Assembly: GCA_050084985.1 (NCBI GenBank)
Contig: JBITNC010000002.1
Location: 15,128,001 to 15,192,000 of the forward strand
Direction: 5' to 3'
Origin: Nageia nagi
Taxonomy: Eukaryota > Plantae > Pinophyta
Length of the DNA: 64,000 nt
The translations under genes were made by a program, and so were the position numbers. The notes below the pieces were generated by a model that did not search any database, was not told the origin of the DNA, and saw nothing but the letters and a program-made list of their open reading frames with translations. Below, piece by piece: positions 40,560 through 53,157 of this stretch; position 1 is the first letter of the stretch; every line of letters begins with the position of its first letter.

Positions 40560-42217
40560 AGAACATTAATATATGTTCTTTCTTTCTTTCATCCCTCCAA
40601 GTATTATTAAAAGGAATCATTCCAACAAAAGATGTAAGACAAGAAAAATTTGCATCAATTAAAACATCTTGATGAAAAGAGACTCCATGCAATTGAACAT
40701 CTAAAGTCATATCACATAATGATCAAAAGAGCATATGAAAATAGAATTCGACCAAAAGAATTTCAAATTGGATACTCAATCCTCATGGAGAATAAGAAGA
40801 AAAAAACAAAGAGAGAGAGAGAGAGCTCAAAGGAAAGTTTGCATCCAATTGGTTGTGTCTGTGTGTCATCATTAAAAAGTTCAACTTAGGGGCATACAAG
40901 TGATAAATTATGGATGATAAGAAGCTTCCAAAATATATGATCATCATGCACCTAAGAAAATGATAAACCTTCCATTTTTCATGCTAGATTAGATTGTATT
41001 TCTACATGTTCTATCTTATTGCATCATAGAATATCATCCTCCTTGAACATCCACGCGTTGGAGCATACAATCGCAAAATATGAGTGCTTCACAACACCTA
41101 GTTCTAGAAAGCTAGTACTCTTGGACCAAGCATCTCAAAGTCTCAACATCTTGGAAGTTGGATAGTATGCATTTTTTTATCTCTCGAAAAAATTGTAAAC
41201 AGATCAATTTGTATATCTTAAACTTTGTACATTTTTACACATGTCCTTTTTTGAAATGTCATTTCTAAGATTATCATGTTTTGCTTTCCAAAATCATAGC
41301 TGAAAAATGTCATTTTTACATTTATCATTTCCAACATTGCATTTCTACATTGACTATTTTTAAACTAAAATTAAGTAATTATAATTCTGAAAGATCTTCC
41401 AAAACTTATCATTTTGGTATTTTCTCATTTCGATGCATCCAAAAGTGTCATTTGTTAGAACACTTGAAATCTGAGGCACACAGTTCTCGAACGCCAACAC
41501 TCTAGAACACCCCATTCCAAAACGACCTTGCTTCAAGACCAAGTGTCCTACAACTCCAACATTTTGGACATAAGTATCTTTTCTATCACAAGTTTCAAAA
41601 AATTTAAAATTAAGAATTTCTCAAAAATATGTATCTCTGTGCTGATATGTCATATCTAAAACTATCATTTCTGTATTTTTCATATTTTGAAATTATTATT
41701 TTTGCAATTATCATTTTTGAAATTATCATTTCTAAAAAACCTTTTTTTTGTACGATTATCAAGTTTTATTCATGTTCAATGTTTATTTACCACATGTTTT
41801 ATTGTTACTAGGGGTTATCTAATCATTTTCAAGAATTACCATGTCCCTCATGACCATCCAAGATAGGTAACCAAGCTCTCCCAGTTATCTTGTTTTGCAG
41901 GTTTTAATCAATTTCCTTTGAACTCCCTGTTTTGGTTAAGCCATTCACAAGCAGGCCTACGACAAAAAGGCAATCAATACCATTTGCTTTGCTCTGAAAC
42001 GACATTTTCATCCAAGCTCTTGCCTATCCTTCTCAACACTTAGGGCAAAGATAGATCTCCAACCATATCATGACAAGTTTGATCATTTCATGTTTTTTTG
42101 AAGTTGTTTTCCTATTTTGCATAATATTTGTTTTGTAGGACCCTCATAGGAGCAAAAGCACAAGACTTCATTAGTCTCAAGTTCTATCCCGCAACTATAT
42201 CCCTAAAAGAGGCAATC
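40560..42217 (+). mobile_element. Tat/Ogre-type integrase C-terminus, long 3' UTR and purine tract
   Basis: QLKHLDEKRLHAIEHLKSYH..IKRAYENRIRPKEFQIG...KGKFASNW...GAYK; AAAAGAGGCAATC directly before TGTAGA at 42218. Confidence 0.7.
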
Positions 42218-42384
42218 TGTAGATGGTTAAATATACATTTTAGCTATTTAAAATGTAGATACTTAAATGTACATTTGGGCTATTTAAAATGTAGATACTT
42301 AAACGTACATTTGGGCTATTTAAAATGTAGATACTTAAACGTACATTTGGGCTATTTAAAATGTAGATACTTAAACGTACATTC
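42218..42384. repeat. 36-bp tandem repeat, about 4.6 copies, at an LTR start
   Basis: TGTAGAT at 42218, 42254, 42290, 42326 and 42362. Confidence 0.95.
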
Positions 42385-42683
42385 AAACCATCCTCAAGTT
42401 TTTCTTATTGAATATGCATTGTGAATTTTTAGCATAAAGATGCTAGGTATCTACATCCTCATCCCCTGCCATCCCCATCCCAGAAACATCATGTAACCTT
42501 GTGCAAGTGTGCGGGAGAGAGAAAGTGTGTATTTGATTACGATATTTTTCTTTGAATGTTAATAATTATTCCTTTAGATAGAAAGCCATTTTAATGTTAA
42601 AGAGTGTTTCAATCGGGTGATCCACCAGTAAATACATAATGTTATCATGAAGTACTAATACTTGTTGAACACTTAGTACTTAC

Positions 42684-42824
42684 TGCAAAGGAATTGTGTA
42701 ATGGAATTGCCTCTATCTCTAAACCAGGGAAATATCCAATTGTTATAACAAGACCATGCTGCTCAGCAATCATCTGACAACGAGCAGCATTGCTTGATCC
42801 ATAAGATGGTTGCTGCCACTTTAC
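42684..42824 (-). CDS. F-box/FIST protein exon 4
   Basis: catatttAG|...|GTaagt. 141 nt, VKWQQPSYGSSNAARCQMIAEQHGLVITIGYFPGLEIEAIPLHNSFA. Confidence 0.92.
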
Positions 42825-42933
42825 CTAAATATGAAAAGAAATCCAATTGTTAAAGTGACAGTAGTTGCAACTAACATTAAACCATCTTGCACAAAGAAAC
42901 TTAGTAACTATTTAAGAAAAAGCACTACACCAC

Positions 42934-43026
42934 CTCTTTTTGTTCACTGTCAATTGCATCTGGACCAATAATACCAACAGCATAACATGCAACTATAGGG
43001 ATTCTTGAACCTAAGTTTGCTTTCAG
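42934..43026 (-). CDS. F-box/FIST protein exon 3
   Basis: tttgtgcAG|...|GTggtg. 93 nt, LKANLGSRIPIVACYAVGIIGPDAIDSEQKE (FIST-N-like P-x-x-x-C...GIIG). Confidence 0.92.
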
Positions 43027-43306
43027 CTGCACAAAGTCAATAAAACCAAATACATCATACAAAAAAAATCACAAGAATGTCATAAATTCTAAATCTTAGT
43101 CAACATTGCGTTATCCAAGCACAAAGGTTAACTTCACAAACAAAGTTTTTGCTGACGTAACTTAAGATTCTTGATTAGACCAGAAAATGGACAAATAAGA
43201 TCTAGATATAATGAAACATCGAAAATCATAGCAAAAATCAGTATAAGGCATATTCTTGACAAAATTGTTTTTGTTTGTGAAGAGTTATGAACTTCAGAGA
43301 ACATAC

Positions 43307-43414
43307 GAGAGTGGATATCATTGACAAGTTGAACTTTTTCCCTGTAAAAGCAATTGCGAAGTTTGGCCGAATTGGTTTAGCAAGTATCTTTCTCATGATA
43401 TCATCCATGGCTGC
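43307..43414 (-). CDS. F-box/FIST protein exon 2
   Basis: ttttttcctcAG|...|GTatgt. 108 nt, AAMDDIMRKILAKPIRPNFAIAFTGKKFNLSMISTL; PIRP(H/N)FAIA matches the At5g63520 family as I recall it. Confidence 0.92.
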
Positions 43415-44106
43415 CTGAGGAAAAAAAGTGAATCAAAAGTCAACCTATAAATCATTTAATATATTTCAATATTATACATAATATAGCATTTATTACAAAA
43501 CATTAAATATGGCTAAAAATATTTCAATTTGTAGTCCACAGTTATGACCAATACAATCTTAGACTAAGAAATAAACAAATATTAATACATTATGTGTTGC
43601 CTAATGTTATATACACTATAGTAAAGATTTAACTCTAGCAAACCCTGTCCAGCTTCAATCTTGTCTCCCACGGACCCTGGTGACCACAAATACCCCAACA
43701 ACCACAAAGTGACTTCTTTGAATATGATATCACAGCAGATTCAACGTGTTCTACTTAGAAAACTTTATTCATGGGAGGATCTGAACGTAGTTTGCTGCAA
43801 GCCAAAGTGAAAAGACTTTCCTGTTTGTAATGTCCGCTATGTTCACATCTGCCTCCATTTGCATTTGCAACTGTATCCTATTCATGTCTACCTTTGCTCA
43901 CATCTATGTGTGCAACTTGTTCACATATGCCTCCAATCACAACAGTGCCTTGGCCTTGTCGTATCCTATCTCCCTCTCCCATCTTAATTGTGCCCTTCTG
44001 CACATTTGTGTTGGTGTTCGCACCTGTTCACAATCTGAAGAGCATCTAATGTTATGTTGATATTTGGGATTACCATGAAGAATCTGACTTCCCTTGCCTG
44101 TCGAGT

Positions 44107-44913
44107 TGTTTAACTCCCAAAATTAAGTGCAGTTGACTCACCATATGGATTGTATTAAGCATCTTCGGACTGAACTTCAAGGGCAAGTCTGATAGTTCCA
44201 GAACGAACATCATAAGGCCCTGCAATGCCAGATCCAAGAAAAAGGAAAGAAGATTGCCAAACTAGAATAGCTAGAACACCACTACTACCCTCCGAGAGAT
44301 GACCAATGCCTCCAAGAGGTTCTCTTATACAACATAGGCAATCAAAGATCCTCATCCAGAATGAGAATCTTCAAAAATGGGACAAATGCTTGCCAAAAAT
44401 CAGTCTAAAAAAAGTTGAAGTGCACAACTTGTGAATTCAAATGGTCAAGGGCAAAAGGACACCCATTGTGGAGTTAACTATGCAACCTAAACCTAACGAC
44501 AAAAGGGCACATCAAAACAAGGAACTCAACCTTTAGATTCGAGGTCTCCTAAAGCTTGCTAATCCATTGAAAGTATGCCACGATTTTTTCCATGACACAT
44601 TGGATCTCAAGGATATTACCCTTGATAGACCTTGGATAGTCCTCATTAGTACTCTTATAGTTCCATCTTCATCAAGTAACGGCTCTAACAACCAATATAA
44701 GATAAAATAATTATAATAATGTTTGCAAGTTACCAAAAAGGTCAAAGGGACTCGGAAGTACAGCCAAAGAAATAGATAAGGACTAAGGAAAAAGATCGTA
44801 AAAAATAAATTAATTATAACAAATAAACAAAGGGGTAAGGAGATTGGGGAGAAAAAACCCCAAACCATAACCCTAAGAGTGCTATATCAAGGACTGATCC
44901 AAGTGTTCCAACA
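44107..44913. mobile_element. Probable LTR, about 800 bp, truncating the PDS5-bearing element
   Basis: TGTTT...CCAACA termini; not similar to the 46224-47341 LTR; no TSD. Confidence 0.45.
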
Positions 44914-45029
44914 TTCTTGTTTTTTGCTCCATAGCACATGGATCCCATGGAATTATGAGCTAATGTTTTCCATTTGAAAGGGTGTGCTTGATGTCTTCTT
45001 CATGAGGGGCCCATGCTAAATGCGTTTTA

Positions 45030-46123
45030 AGGCAAGGTGGCTACAATTTTCATGAGCACTCCTTCAACATATACTTCCTTTGAGGGTGTGTTGATGATCT
45101 CAATCATGTCATTACTCACATCAATTCTACTAGTGAGCCCAATCAACATAGAAACCTTATTGGATTCGTCTATCAAAGCCATTGTTTTGTTCTTTTTCTC
45201 ATGCTCAATATCATCAAGAGTAGAGTAGTGGCATGTATATATATGAAATCATTTTGGGATGACATCATAAATACCTCATGTGGTAATGCATCACCTTTAC
45301 TTTCTTCAATGCTAGGCGCTTGCTTACTTTCAAGATCAATAATGGCTGTCCTTATAAACTCTTCTTGGCATGAGTCCCCCTTAGGTAAGATAACGTTGTC
45401 TTCTTATGACATAGTCCCTCCTTTATTATATGTATGTACTTCAAGTGGTGCTTCTTGATGTTGGGCGGCATCTTTATTTTCTTCAAATGACGGAGTGACA
45501 TTTCTTACTTCTTTATTAACAATTGTGGGCTGCTCTTCTTCCTTAATCCCTTCATTATCTAATAATAGTTTCAATTGCTCCTTACATTGTTAACCAACTT
45601 ATGTACAGTAGTAGAGGCAACCAAATCTTGCTTCCAAACATCCAACAACATAGATAAGAGTGGCAGGTAAACATAATCATTCTCTTCTATGATCAGAACC
45701 ACAATATCCCTCATGGCTTCAACTATATTATTAGTATGTTCTTCTCTAGCCGAAGCAACGAAGTGATGAAACATTTCATAAATCAACTCATACATGTCCA
45801 AATCTAATAAAATGTTGCTCATTCCAGTTTTTGCAAATAATTCAAGTATGGCAACTCTCCTAGGGAAATGACAACATGTGACATGCCCTAATCTTTCAAA
45901 GCTACTAACCAATAATTGAAATATCATTCTCAATGTATCATCAACATAGGGAGCATTAGGTGCAAAAATTCTTAAAATCTCACTCAAACAGGAAGTAACC
46001 ATGATTCTCACCTCCATATTTGTGTGTCCCAACCATAGTTTCTCTTGGCTGAAATATAAGTCCAAGTTTACCTCTCGCATTAGTAAGCTTATCAACCAAC
46101 TCCTTTTCTTTTAATGGCGTCGT
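45030..46123 (-). pseudogene. PDS5: Intron-less PDS5 (cohesin-associated HEAT protein) N-terminal fragment with acidic tail, frameshifted
   Basis: KEKELVDKLTNARGKL (PDS5 N-terminus-like), frameshift, then LGHTNMEVRIMVTSCLSEILRIFAPNAPYVDDTLRMIFQLLVSSFERL...RRVAILE...LLDLD..ELIYEMFHHF...MRDIVVLIIEE, frameshift, then CKEQLK. Confidence 0.88.
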
Positions 46124-46208
46124 GACCTTCAGAACCCTAGTTCTCACTCAAACCACAAACCCTAGGTATATAGATGAGTTATTCATCCACGGGTTGGCAA
46201 GATGTTGA

Positions 46209-46220
46209 GCTCTGATACCA
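46209..46220 (-). promoter_or_regulatory. Primer-binding site (tRNA-iMet)
   Basis: TGGTATCAGAGC on the minus strand, about 3-4 nt after the LTR end. Confidence 0.92.
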
Positions 46221-47341
46221 CAATTATGTACCTTTCTAGGGCTCAAACTAAACATGCACAATTAACTTATTCCAATTCCGCATTCATTCATCAAACTAGG
46301 GCAAACTGAAAATACTCTCATCCACATAACCATGCATTCCAATACTAATTTATATAACAGTAATCAAATCTGATCTATTAACTGAATTAAGCATCCAATC
46401 ATCAATGTAACATGCCACAATAGTGCCCAAGAGTGCAACATACCAAGAGTAAGTAAATATCCACCATACAATGCCATGTAAGATGCCAAAATGTAGAACG
46501 AACCAATGTAAGTCAACATTTATCCTTAATACACCCAAGGGATGCCCTAGGAATGTGAACGAACCTCCTTAGGGTATCAAACCACAAGATCAAAGTGATA
46601 CAAATGCCAAATATTACACAAGTGGAAAGCAAGATTACGGTGATAGCCTCAAAGCATGCCAAGGATGCAAAGTCTTCAAAGTGCCTCTCCAAGTGCAACG
46701 ATCCTCCTCCAAGATGAGTATGTCTTCAAGTAGAGAGCGAGCCACTTCTAGGCTAGGGAGAAGCCTTAGACCATAGAAGGAAGAGAGGGAAGCGACCCCA
46801 GCTCTAAAAGATCAAATGCACAACAATAATAATATTCAAATAAGGTGCTCACTTCCCTTTTATGGTGAGCTAGGAGAAGTCCATTTCTAATTTGTGGTTG
46901 GCCAACCCAACCTAGAAATATAAATAACTCTTAATTGACAAATGACTCCTCCTAAGCTAGACATTGGGCAATTAAGGAATAATATATTTGCTTATTACAA
47001 AACATGGCCCACTTTTATTATAAGATAACAAAAACTCCTAATCTAAATAGAATTCACTCCTAATACCCCTCATAGGACCAAACCATTAATTTTAAGTGTC
47101 ACAAATGACACTAAATACAAAATTGATAAAGTGGGTCCCACGAGTGCAATAGTAGAAACTAGCTCTAGGGGCAAATCTTCAAAAGTCCATATCTTCCTCA
47201 TTTCTTGAAAGAACCATGTCGTGCCCTATCAAAATGATTGGCACAAGATTCTCTATCCATTTCAGTAGACAAATCAGCAATTCATGGATTGTGACGAAAG
47301 TTATGCCTTCAAAAAGGTTTCTCAAAATTGGGGACATTACA

Positions 47342-47600
47342 TAGTGGTAGCTAGGACAAGCGAATTAGAGATACCAAAGTCGCAAAGTTGTTGGATAAGG
47401 AGAAGTCTTGAAACCAACTCAAAAGCCTTTCTAAAGTCAACAAAGCAACAAAAGACTTTGAAGGACCATTGACAAGCCTCCTCGATAATGGCCCAAAGGG
47501 TAAAGATGTGGTCAATAGTTCGATGCTCAATCTTGAATCCAACCTGTCCAACAACCCTAAGCTTCCCACACTCATGTTTTGGGACTTGATTTTTCATGAA
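47342..47600 (-). pseudogene. LINE (RTE-like) RT fragment, cut by the LTR at 47341
   Basis: QVGF...TIDHIFTLWAIIEEA...FCCFVDFRKAF; parallels 11595-11720. Confidence 0.85.
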
Positions 47601-47629
47601 GCAAAGCTTATTAATTTATGTACACCAAA

Positions 47630-48275
47630 CAAGTTGGTGATCACTTTGTTATTGTGGTGTTGTATATTGATGATATGTTGTTAATTGGAGATGATAGAGA
47701 AATCATCAGGAATGTTGAGTTTTAATTATCATCTCAATTTGATATGAAGGATCTTGGTCCAACAAACTTCATCTTGGGCATGCAAATTAGAAAGGATCAG
47801 TCAAACTACAAACTCTAGTTGAATCAAAAAAAATATGTGAGATGATAGAGGCTTAATATGCAAGAATGTAAAATAGTCACATTCCTTTGGGTATTAAGCT
47901 ATCTATAGAATAGTATCCAAAAGCACAAGAAGAGGACGAAGAGATGTCTCATGTTCCTTATGCAAGCGCTATTGGAAGTTTAATGTACAATATTGTATGT
48001 ATCAAACAAACATTGCACATGGAGGAGGAGTTCTAAGCAATTATATATTAAAATCAAGGAAAGAACATTGGTCTATTGTAAAGCGAGTTTTCAGATATTT
48101 GTGTGGCACATCAGATTATGCAACTTGCTATCATGGAAGGGCTTAACCAAATAAGGTACAGAATGTACAAGGTTTTGTTGATGCAAATTTGGCTGGAGAT
48201 CTTGATCATCGAAAATCTACAAGTGGTTATGTAGTCAGCATGTTTGGTGGAGCAATTAGTTAGACATGCAAAAGA
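47630..48275 (+). pseudogene. Ty1/copia RT-RNase H relic
   Basis: YIDDMLLIG, FDMKDLG, VPYASAIGSLMY, HWSIVKRVFRYL, GFVDANLAGDLDHRKSTSGY. Confidence 0.92.
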
Positions 48276-49256
48276 TTGCTAATGGGCTTGATTGCTTCAA
48301 CATGTTGCTTTTGTGATTTTTACAACCCCCATTGCAAAGTATTCAACAACAGTGAGATTGTTGGATGTGTTGTATCCTTTACAAGAAAAAGATTGTATAC
48401 CTAGCACATATAGCAAGGCTTCAAGGGTCCAACCCTCAAGAAACGAGGCTCTGGGAGCACAACCTAAGGACCTAATTCTTAATTATCGGGTATGGGTGGT
48501 TTTAGCCAATGGTTTTATATCCATTATATTCTAATACCACTTAGTGGTTTAGGGTTGTTTTATGTTGCAAGATATCTATATAGTGTACTGTAAAGTGTTT
48601 TACTACCATAATAATGTGATATAATATAATAGAGAGGTGCAGCTCTATTTTTACAGGTTTTTCCATTTGTTTTAAGATTTTGTTGCACTATGGAATAGGT
48701 TTATCAAAACTCTTCATAATTGACACTATCAACCACCAACTAAATATCTATTCTATGTTAAATTAGTGTTCACATGTGGACATGAAAATGTACACTTAGA
48801 GATGCCAAAGGGTCAGATCCCAAATGCAAAAGGTGGCAACCTCATATGTAACAAGGAGCAATTTGAGATGAAAATGAGTGCAACCCAAGATGCAAAAACA
48901 GTTCAACCCAAGAAATAAAAACATGCAACATAAGAGAGGGAGGCATGGCATATGAACAAACACAAATCATTGAGAATATACAAAAAATATTTAAGCTCAA
49001 GAAAGAGATGGATCCTTTACCTTTTTTTAAAGGACGAGTTCACAAAGTTGTTGAAAATTTGCAAGGAAACTACAAGTTTTACGTATTGTTTCATGTGGCT
49101 TTATATTACATACAAGTGTTGAAAATTTTGCTAACCAAATCAATCAAAATGTAAGATTCATTAAAGATCTTGACATAAAATGCTAGAATCACTCAAAACT
49201 AGACGTGGATTCAACAAAATAATCACACAATTAGGATACCAAAGATCTTGCCATGT

Positions 49257-49422
49257 AATTTCACTTGAATTGTACTTACTAGTTTCAAAACGCCATTACC
49301 TCCATGAAAATACTTCTTCTGCAGATACTAAGCATACATAACTTCACTTGAATTGCCCCTATTAGTTTCAAAATGATATTACATCCATGAAAATACTTCT
49401 GCCGCAGTTACTAAGCATGCAT
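49257..49422. repeat. 83-bp tandem duplication
   Basis: TCACTTGAATTG...TCCATGAAAATACTTCT...TACTAAGCAT at 49261 and 49344. Confidence 0.85.
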
Positions 49423-51036
49423 GAGGTTTGAATTCATACCTGATATCCTGCTAACTACAAAAGCTCTATCTAAGACATAACAAAAGCATACTACAAACCA
49501 ACTCATTCGACTTTCATGTGCCCACACTTTTTTCCAAACTAGGGCAAAAACAATTTATTCCATGTATAAAAGTACCAACCTCAAATCTAGGTGAGACCCA
49601 CATCTTCTTTGTTTGTCCATTTCTACCAATCATTTTCTCAGCTTGATGTATAAAATCATTGGTTCGGTAGGTTGCAGTTTAATTCAAGGACATGATTTTG
49701 CTTCATGCCATTTTTCTCTCCAATAGGGTGTGTGTTGTAGTGTTTTACCAATATTATCTAATTGTCACGACATTTATGATGCTGGGATGCAATTTTGCAA
49801 TTCACATCAAGAAAGATTAGAATAGGAAATTCCGTTCCTAAGGGTCAAATTAAGAGAACAAAATGATGTGATCCCTGGAGTGAATTGAAGCTATCAACAC
49901 AAATCAAAAGATTCATTAAAGAACAAGAAAATACTTATAAGCTTTTGCAAGATTTTGATGAGATTCTGTTTGACAAAAAAAACAATGTAACTTCTCTTTT
50001 GAAGAATCACAATAAAGTCTTGCTTGCAGAAATCAAAAATGGGAAGAAAGACTGAAGTCACCAATTAACTCACATTTCAATGTATTTTAAACGAAATGTT
50101 TTCATTTTAAAATAAGTATATAGTAATGATTGCTGATACGGAAGATGAAATAGCTGTGATTAAGAGCCTAAAGTAAAGATGTTTGTTCTCGAACTGTTCC
50201 TGAAAACTATTTTCAAGAAGAACCGTATCAAAATTCTAGTATGAAAATTTTCATTGTTGATAATCAGTTTATTTGCACAACATCCTAATAGATGACAAAG
50301 GTTTCATATTTGCCACGAATTAAAAAAAAAACATTATAGAAAACAAATATAGATTCAAAATCAAAGCATTTTCTTTTGAAATCGTATTCAAAATCGATGC
50401 CTTTCAAAATTGATTTGCGTCAACCTGGTCCCAATTTAGTGAGGCGATATTTCACTATTCTCAATGTACATATATTTCTGTAAATTAAGGAAATACCAAT
50501 ATTTTGTACTCACTTTTGCAACATTGAAGCAGTTATCAAAAGGGCTTTCATCACTAATTTGAAGATTTGTAGTAACACTTTGAAATTAAATGTCCGTCTT
50601 AGGATGTAACAACAAACTTACAAATAGACACACTCAAAAGGAGCCACAGTTTTTGCTGTTTTGTTTTGTGACCAATTCGATCATCCAGTCATTAAATTCG
50701 GACCATGTTAATTATTCTGGGCTATTTTTCCAAAAGATAAATATAATCTTCAAGATCGTCTGACTAATGTTAGTATAAACTGCAAATAGAAATTGATGGA
50801 TTCACCACGATATTCAAAGTATCATCATTATGAGTATGGATTAAACAATTAGTTGTCCAGACTCTATACCACATCTATCCATGGAACCCTGTTGCTGATA
50901 AGACTTGCCAAATATTTCTATGCAACAACAGCAGAGAAACGGGAAGCCCTTAATTCGGTATAATGTTGTGAACATCATTTCTCGGCTAAAAAAAATACCT
51001 CATTCAAATTATACAAAAACTAGGTAGAGAAACGAC

Positions 51037-51264
51037 CTCCAAATTCGGATTAAGGGAGAGGGCAGTCATCAGTTTGGGAGAGGAAAGGAGTTTAGAGGTA
51101 ACGTCCCGCCAAGTGCGACACACGCACGCTGCACTCGCCACGGATTTCGCCGGAAGCCGACCCAAAATCTCCTTCATCACATCCCCAGATGCACTCTCCC
51201 AAAAGTATAAGCTTGATTCTGTCTCAGAATGCGAGTCCCGCCTCCGTCCTCTTCCTCTCTCCAT
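51037..51264 (-). CDS. F-box/FIST-domain protein (At5g63520-like), exon 1 with F-box motif
   Basis: First in-frame ATG at 51264 (upstream in-frame TAG at 51346-51348; the track's 51291 start is TTG). Encodes MERGRG...DVMKEILGRLPAKSVASAACVCRTW (F-box)...LSLNPNLE. Donor GAG|GTCGTT. 228 nt, phase 0. Confidence 0.9.
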
Positions 51265-52429
51265 TTCCTTTGCTCCAGCTTCTTCGAACAAACCAGGCTT
51301 GCCTTTTAGTGCAAGTGAGCGAAGAATCGGAAATGAGGTTTGAACCTAATATCCGAACAACAATAAATCTCATACATTGTACGTGATGGAGGTTCAAGTA
51401 ATAAATGACTAAAATATACCATAAGGTAATATTTTGCAACTAAAAGAATTAGCTTCTGAAACCCAAAACATTATATATGGATTTTTTTTAATTTAGGAAT
51501 CGGTTATATTCATTCATTTTCATAATATACATAACAAGTTCGAATTTTGAGGTAGTCATTATATCATCATCGTTAAATGTTAATGTGAAGTAATGGATCT
51601 CACAAAAGCGAATTTTGAATGTGAAATAAAGGATTTTATGAGAGCGAATTTGGAATCAAGGTAAGGTCTATGAAACGCATACTTCCTACCAACTTCTTAT
51701 TGCTTAATATATGGATTAATTTATCATTATCTATTTGAATTGTTTGAAAAGGTTATGTAAAAATGTTATTATCAAAAATAATTATGAGATTCAAATGTAA
51801 AAATATAAAAAAATCTCACAAGTTTAATATTCTTCTTGAAGGTACTTCATGATTTGTCTTTATTATTTAATGTGATGAATACTTCAAAAAATGTAAAAAA
51901 TAATATCATTAATTATTATAAATGAGTTATGTTTTTTTTAAATTATTTTATAGTTATGAGAGTATATATATATAAGAAGTTATTATTCAAGTCAAGTAAG
52001 TAAGATTTATTTTTTCTTATAATATTTTTTTTTTATTATGTTAATGGTTGTAATTATGAAGTTGTGAAGCATATAACTTTGTGATATATTTTTTTATAAT
52101 AAAATTTATGAATTTTAGATTAATTTAAAAATCATATTTTAAGGGAGAGAGTATTACCCTTCACTTTTATTTTATGTAAGCCCTTCTCTCTAAGCCTTTC
52201 TACCACCCTCCCTTGAAAGAAAATATCTTACCCTCTCTCATTTGATTATGCTCGAAGAAACTATGGTCACCAATGGGTTGCCACTTGGTTATGTACTTGG
52301 TCTCAATGATACGATAGCAATGGCAGTTCCTTCATGGTGAAGGCTCTTCACGCAAGAGTCAAAGACAAATATTAGACTTTCGTTGGAAATAGAGAGGAGA
52401 TGAGAGAAATTATGTCTTAAAATTATGTG

Positions 52430-53050
52430 AACCATCATAAATCAAATGGTGAAAAGATGATACTACAATTTAATGGTTAACCTTTATGTTGTTTGCCCAA
52501 ATATTGATCTAATCAAAAAATGGACAAATATGAGATTAAAGACTAAAGGAAGTTTGGATATCATTTCAATGCCCAATGATTACATTATGTTTATGTTTGG
52601 TTATGTAGAAGGTTGGTATTTTATCTTGAGTACTTATTGGTTCTTCGAAAAGTGAAGATTATTTTTGAAGAAATGGTGACTTGGGTTCAATTAGGCTAAA
52701 GTCCAAATAATAATTGCTCTAATTTGGGTCACCCTTCTCCATCTCTTATTTGATTACTAGCATCAAGAAGCATTTCAAGGGATCATAAGATCTTTTGGAA
52801 ATTTTATCACAGTGGATGATGTTACAAAAGCCCGAACAATAATGTGGGTGGCAATATTTTACTCCATGGTGGAATTTGGAATAAAATTATTGAAAACAGT
52901 TACACTTGCATCAAAACTAGGTGAGTGGGTTCAAGAATTACATTTTGAAAATAACAATTATCTATGCTCAATGTATGATCAGGTTGGACATAATGTGAGT
53001 TCCTATCCAACAAAGATGATCATAGCAAACACAATTTACAAAGAATGAAG
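52430..53050 (+). pseudogene. L1 LINE ORF1 relic (DUF4283-like plus degenerate zinc knuckle)
   Basis: CPNIDLIKKW...WFFEK*RLFLKKW*LGFN...IWVTL...GNFITVDDVT...WVQELHFEN...C..Y..VGH. Confidence 0.75.
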
Positions 53051-53157
53051 ACCAAAATAATATTAGGAAGTATAAGACCTAGATATAATAAGAAACCCAT
53101 CAGAACTCAAAGAAGGTGAAACAACATTGAATTATATAGAAGGTATTTGAATTATAA

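Larger units (their letters stand above)
44914..47341 (-). mobile_element. 3'-truncated LTR retroelement carrying a PDS5-derived ORF
   Basis: LTR starts TGTAATGTCCCC at 47341 (minus) and ends near 46224; PBS at 46209-46220; PDS5-like frame begins about 85 nt later. No gag or pol motifs seen. Confidence 0.8.

Noticed and set aside
45571-46095. A functional host PDS5 gene nested in intron 1
   Set aside because: Covers only the N-terminal part, is frameshifted at both ends, lacks introns and sits directly behind an LTR and PBS.
51265-51291. N-terminal extension MFEEAGAKE from the ORF track
   Set aside because: Starts at TTG; the first ATG is at 51264.
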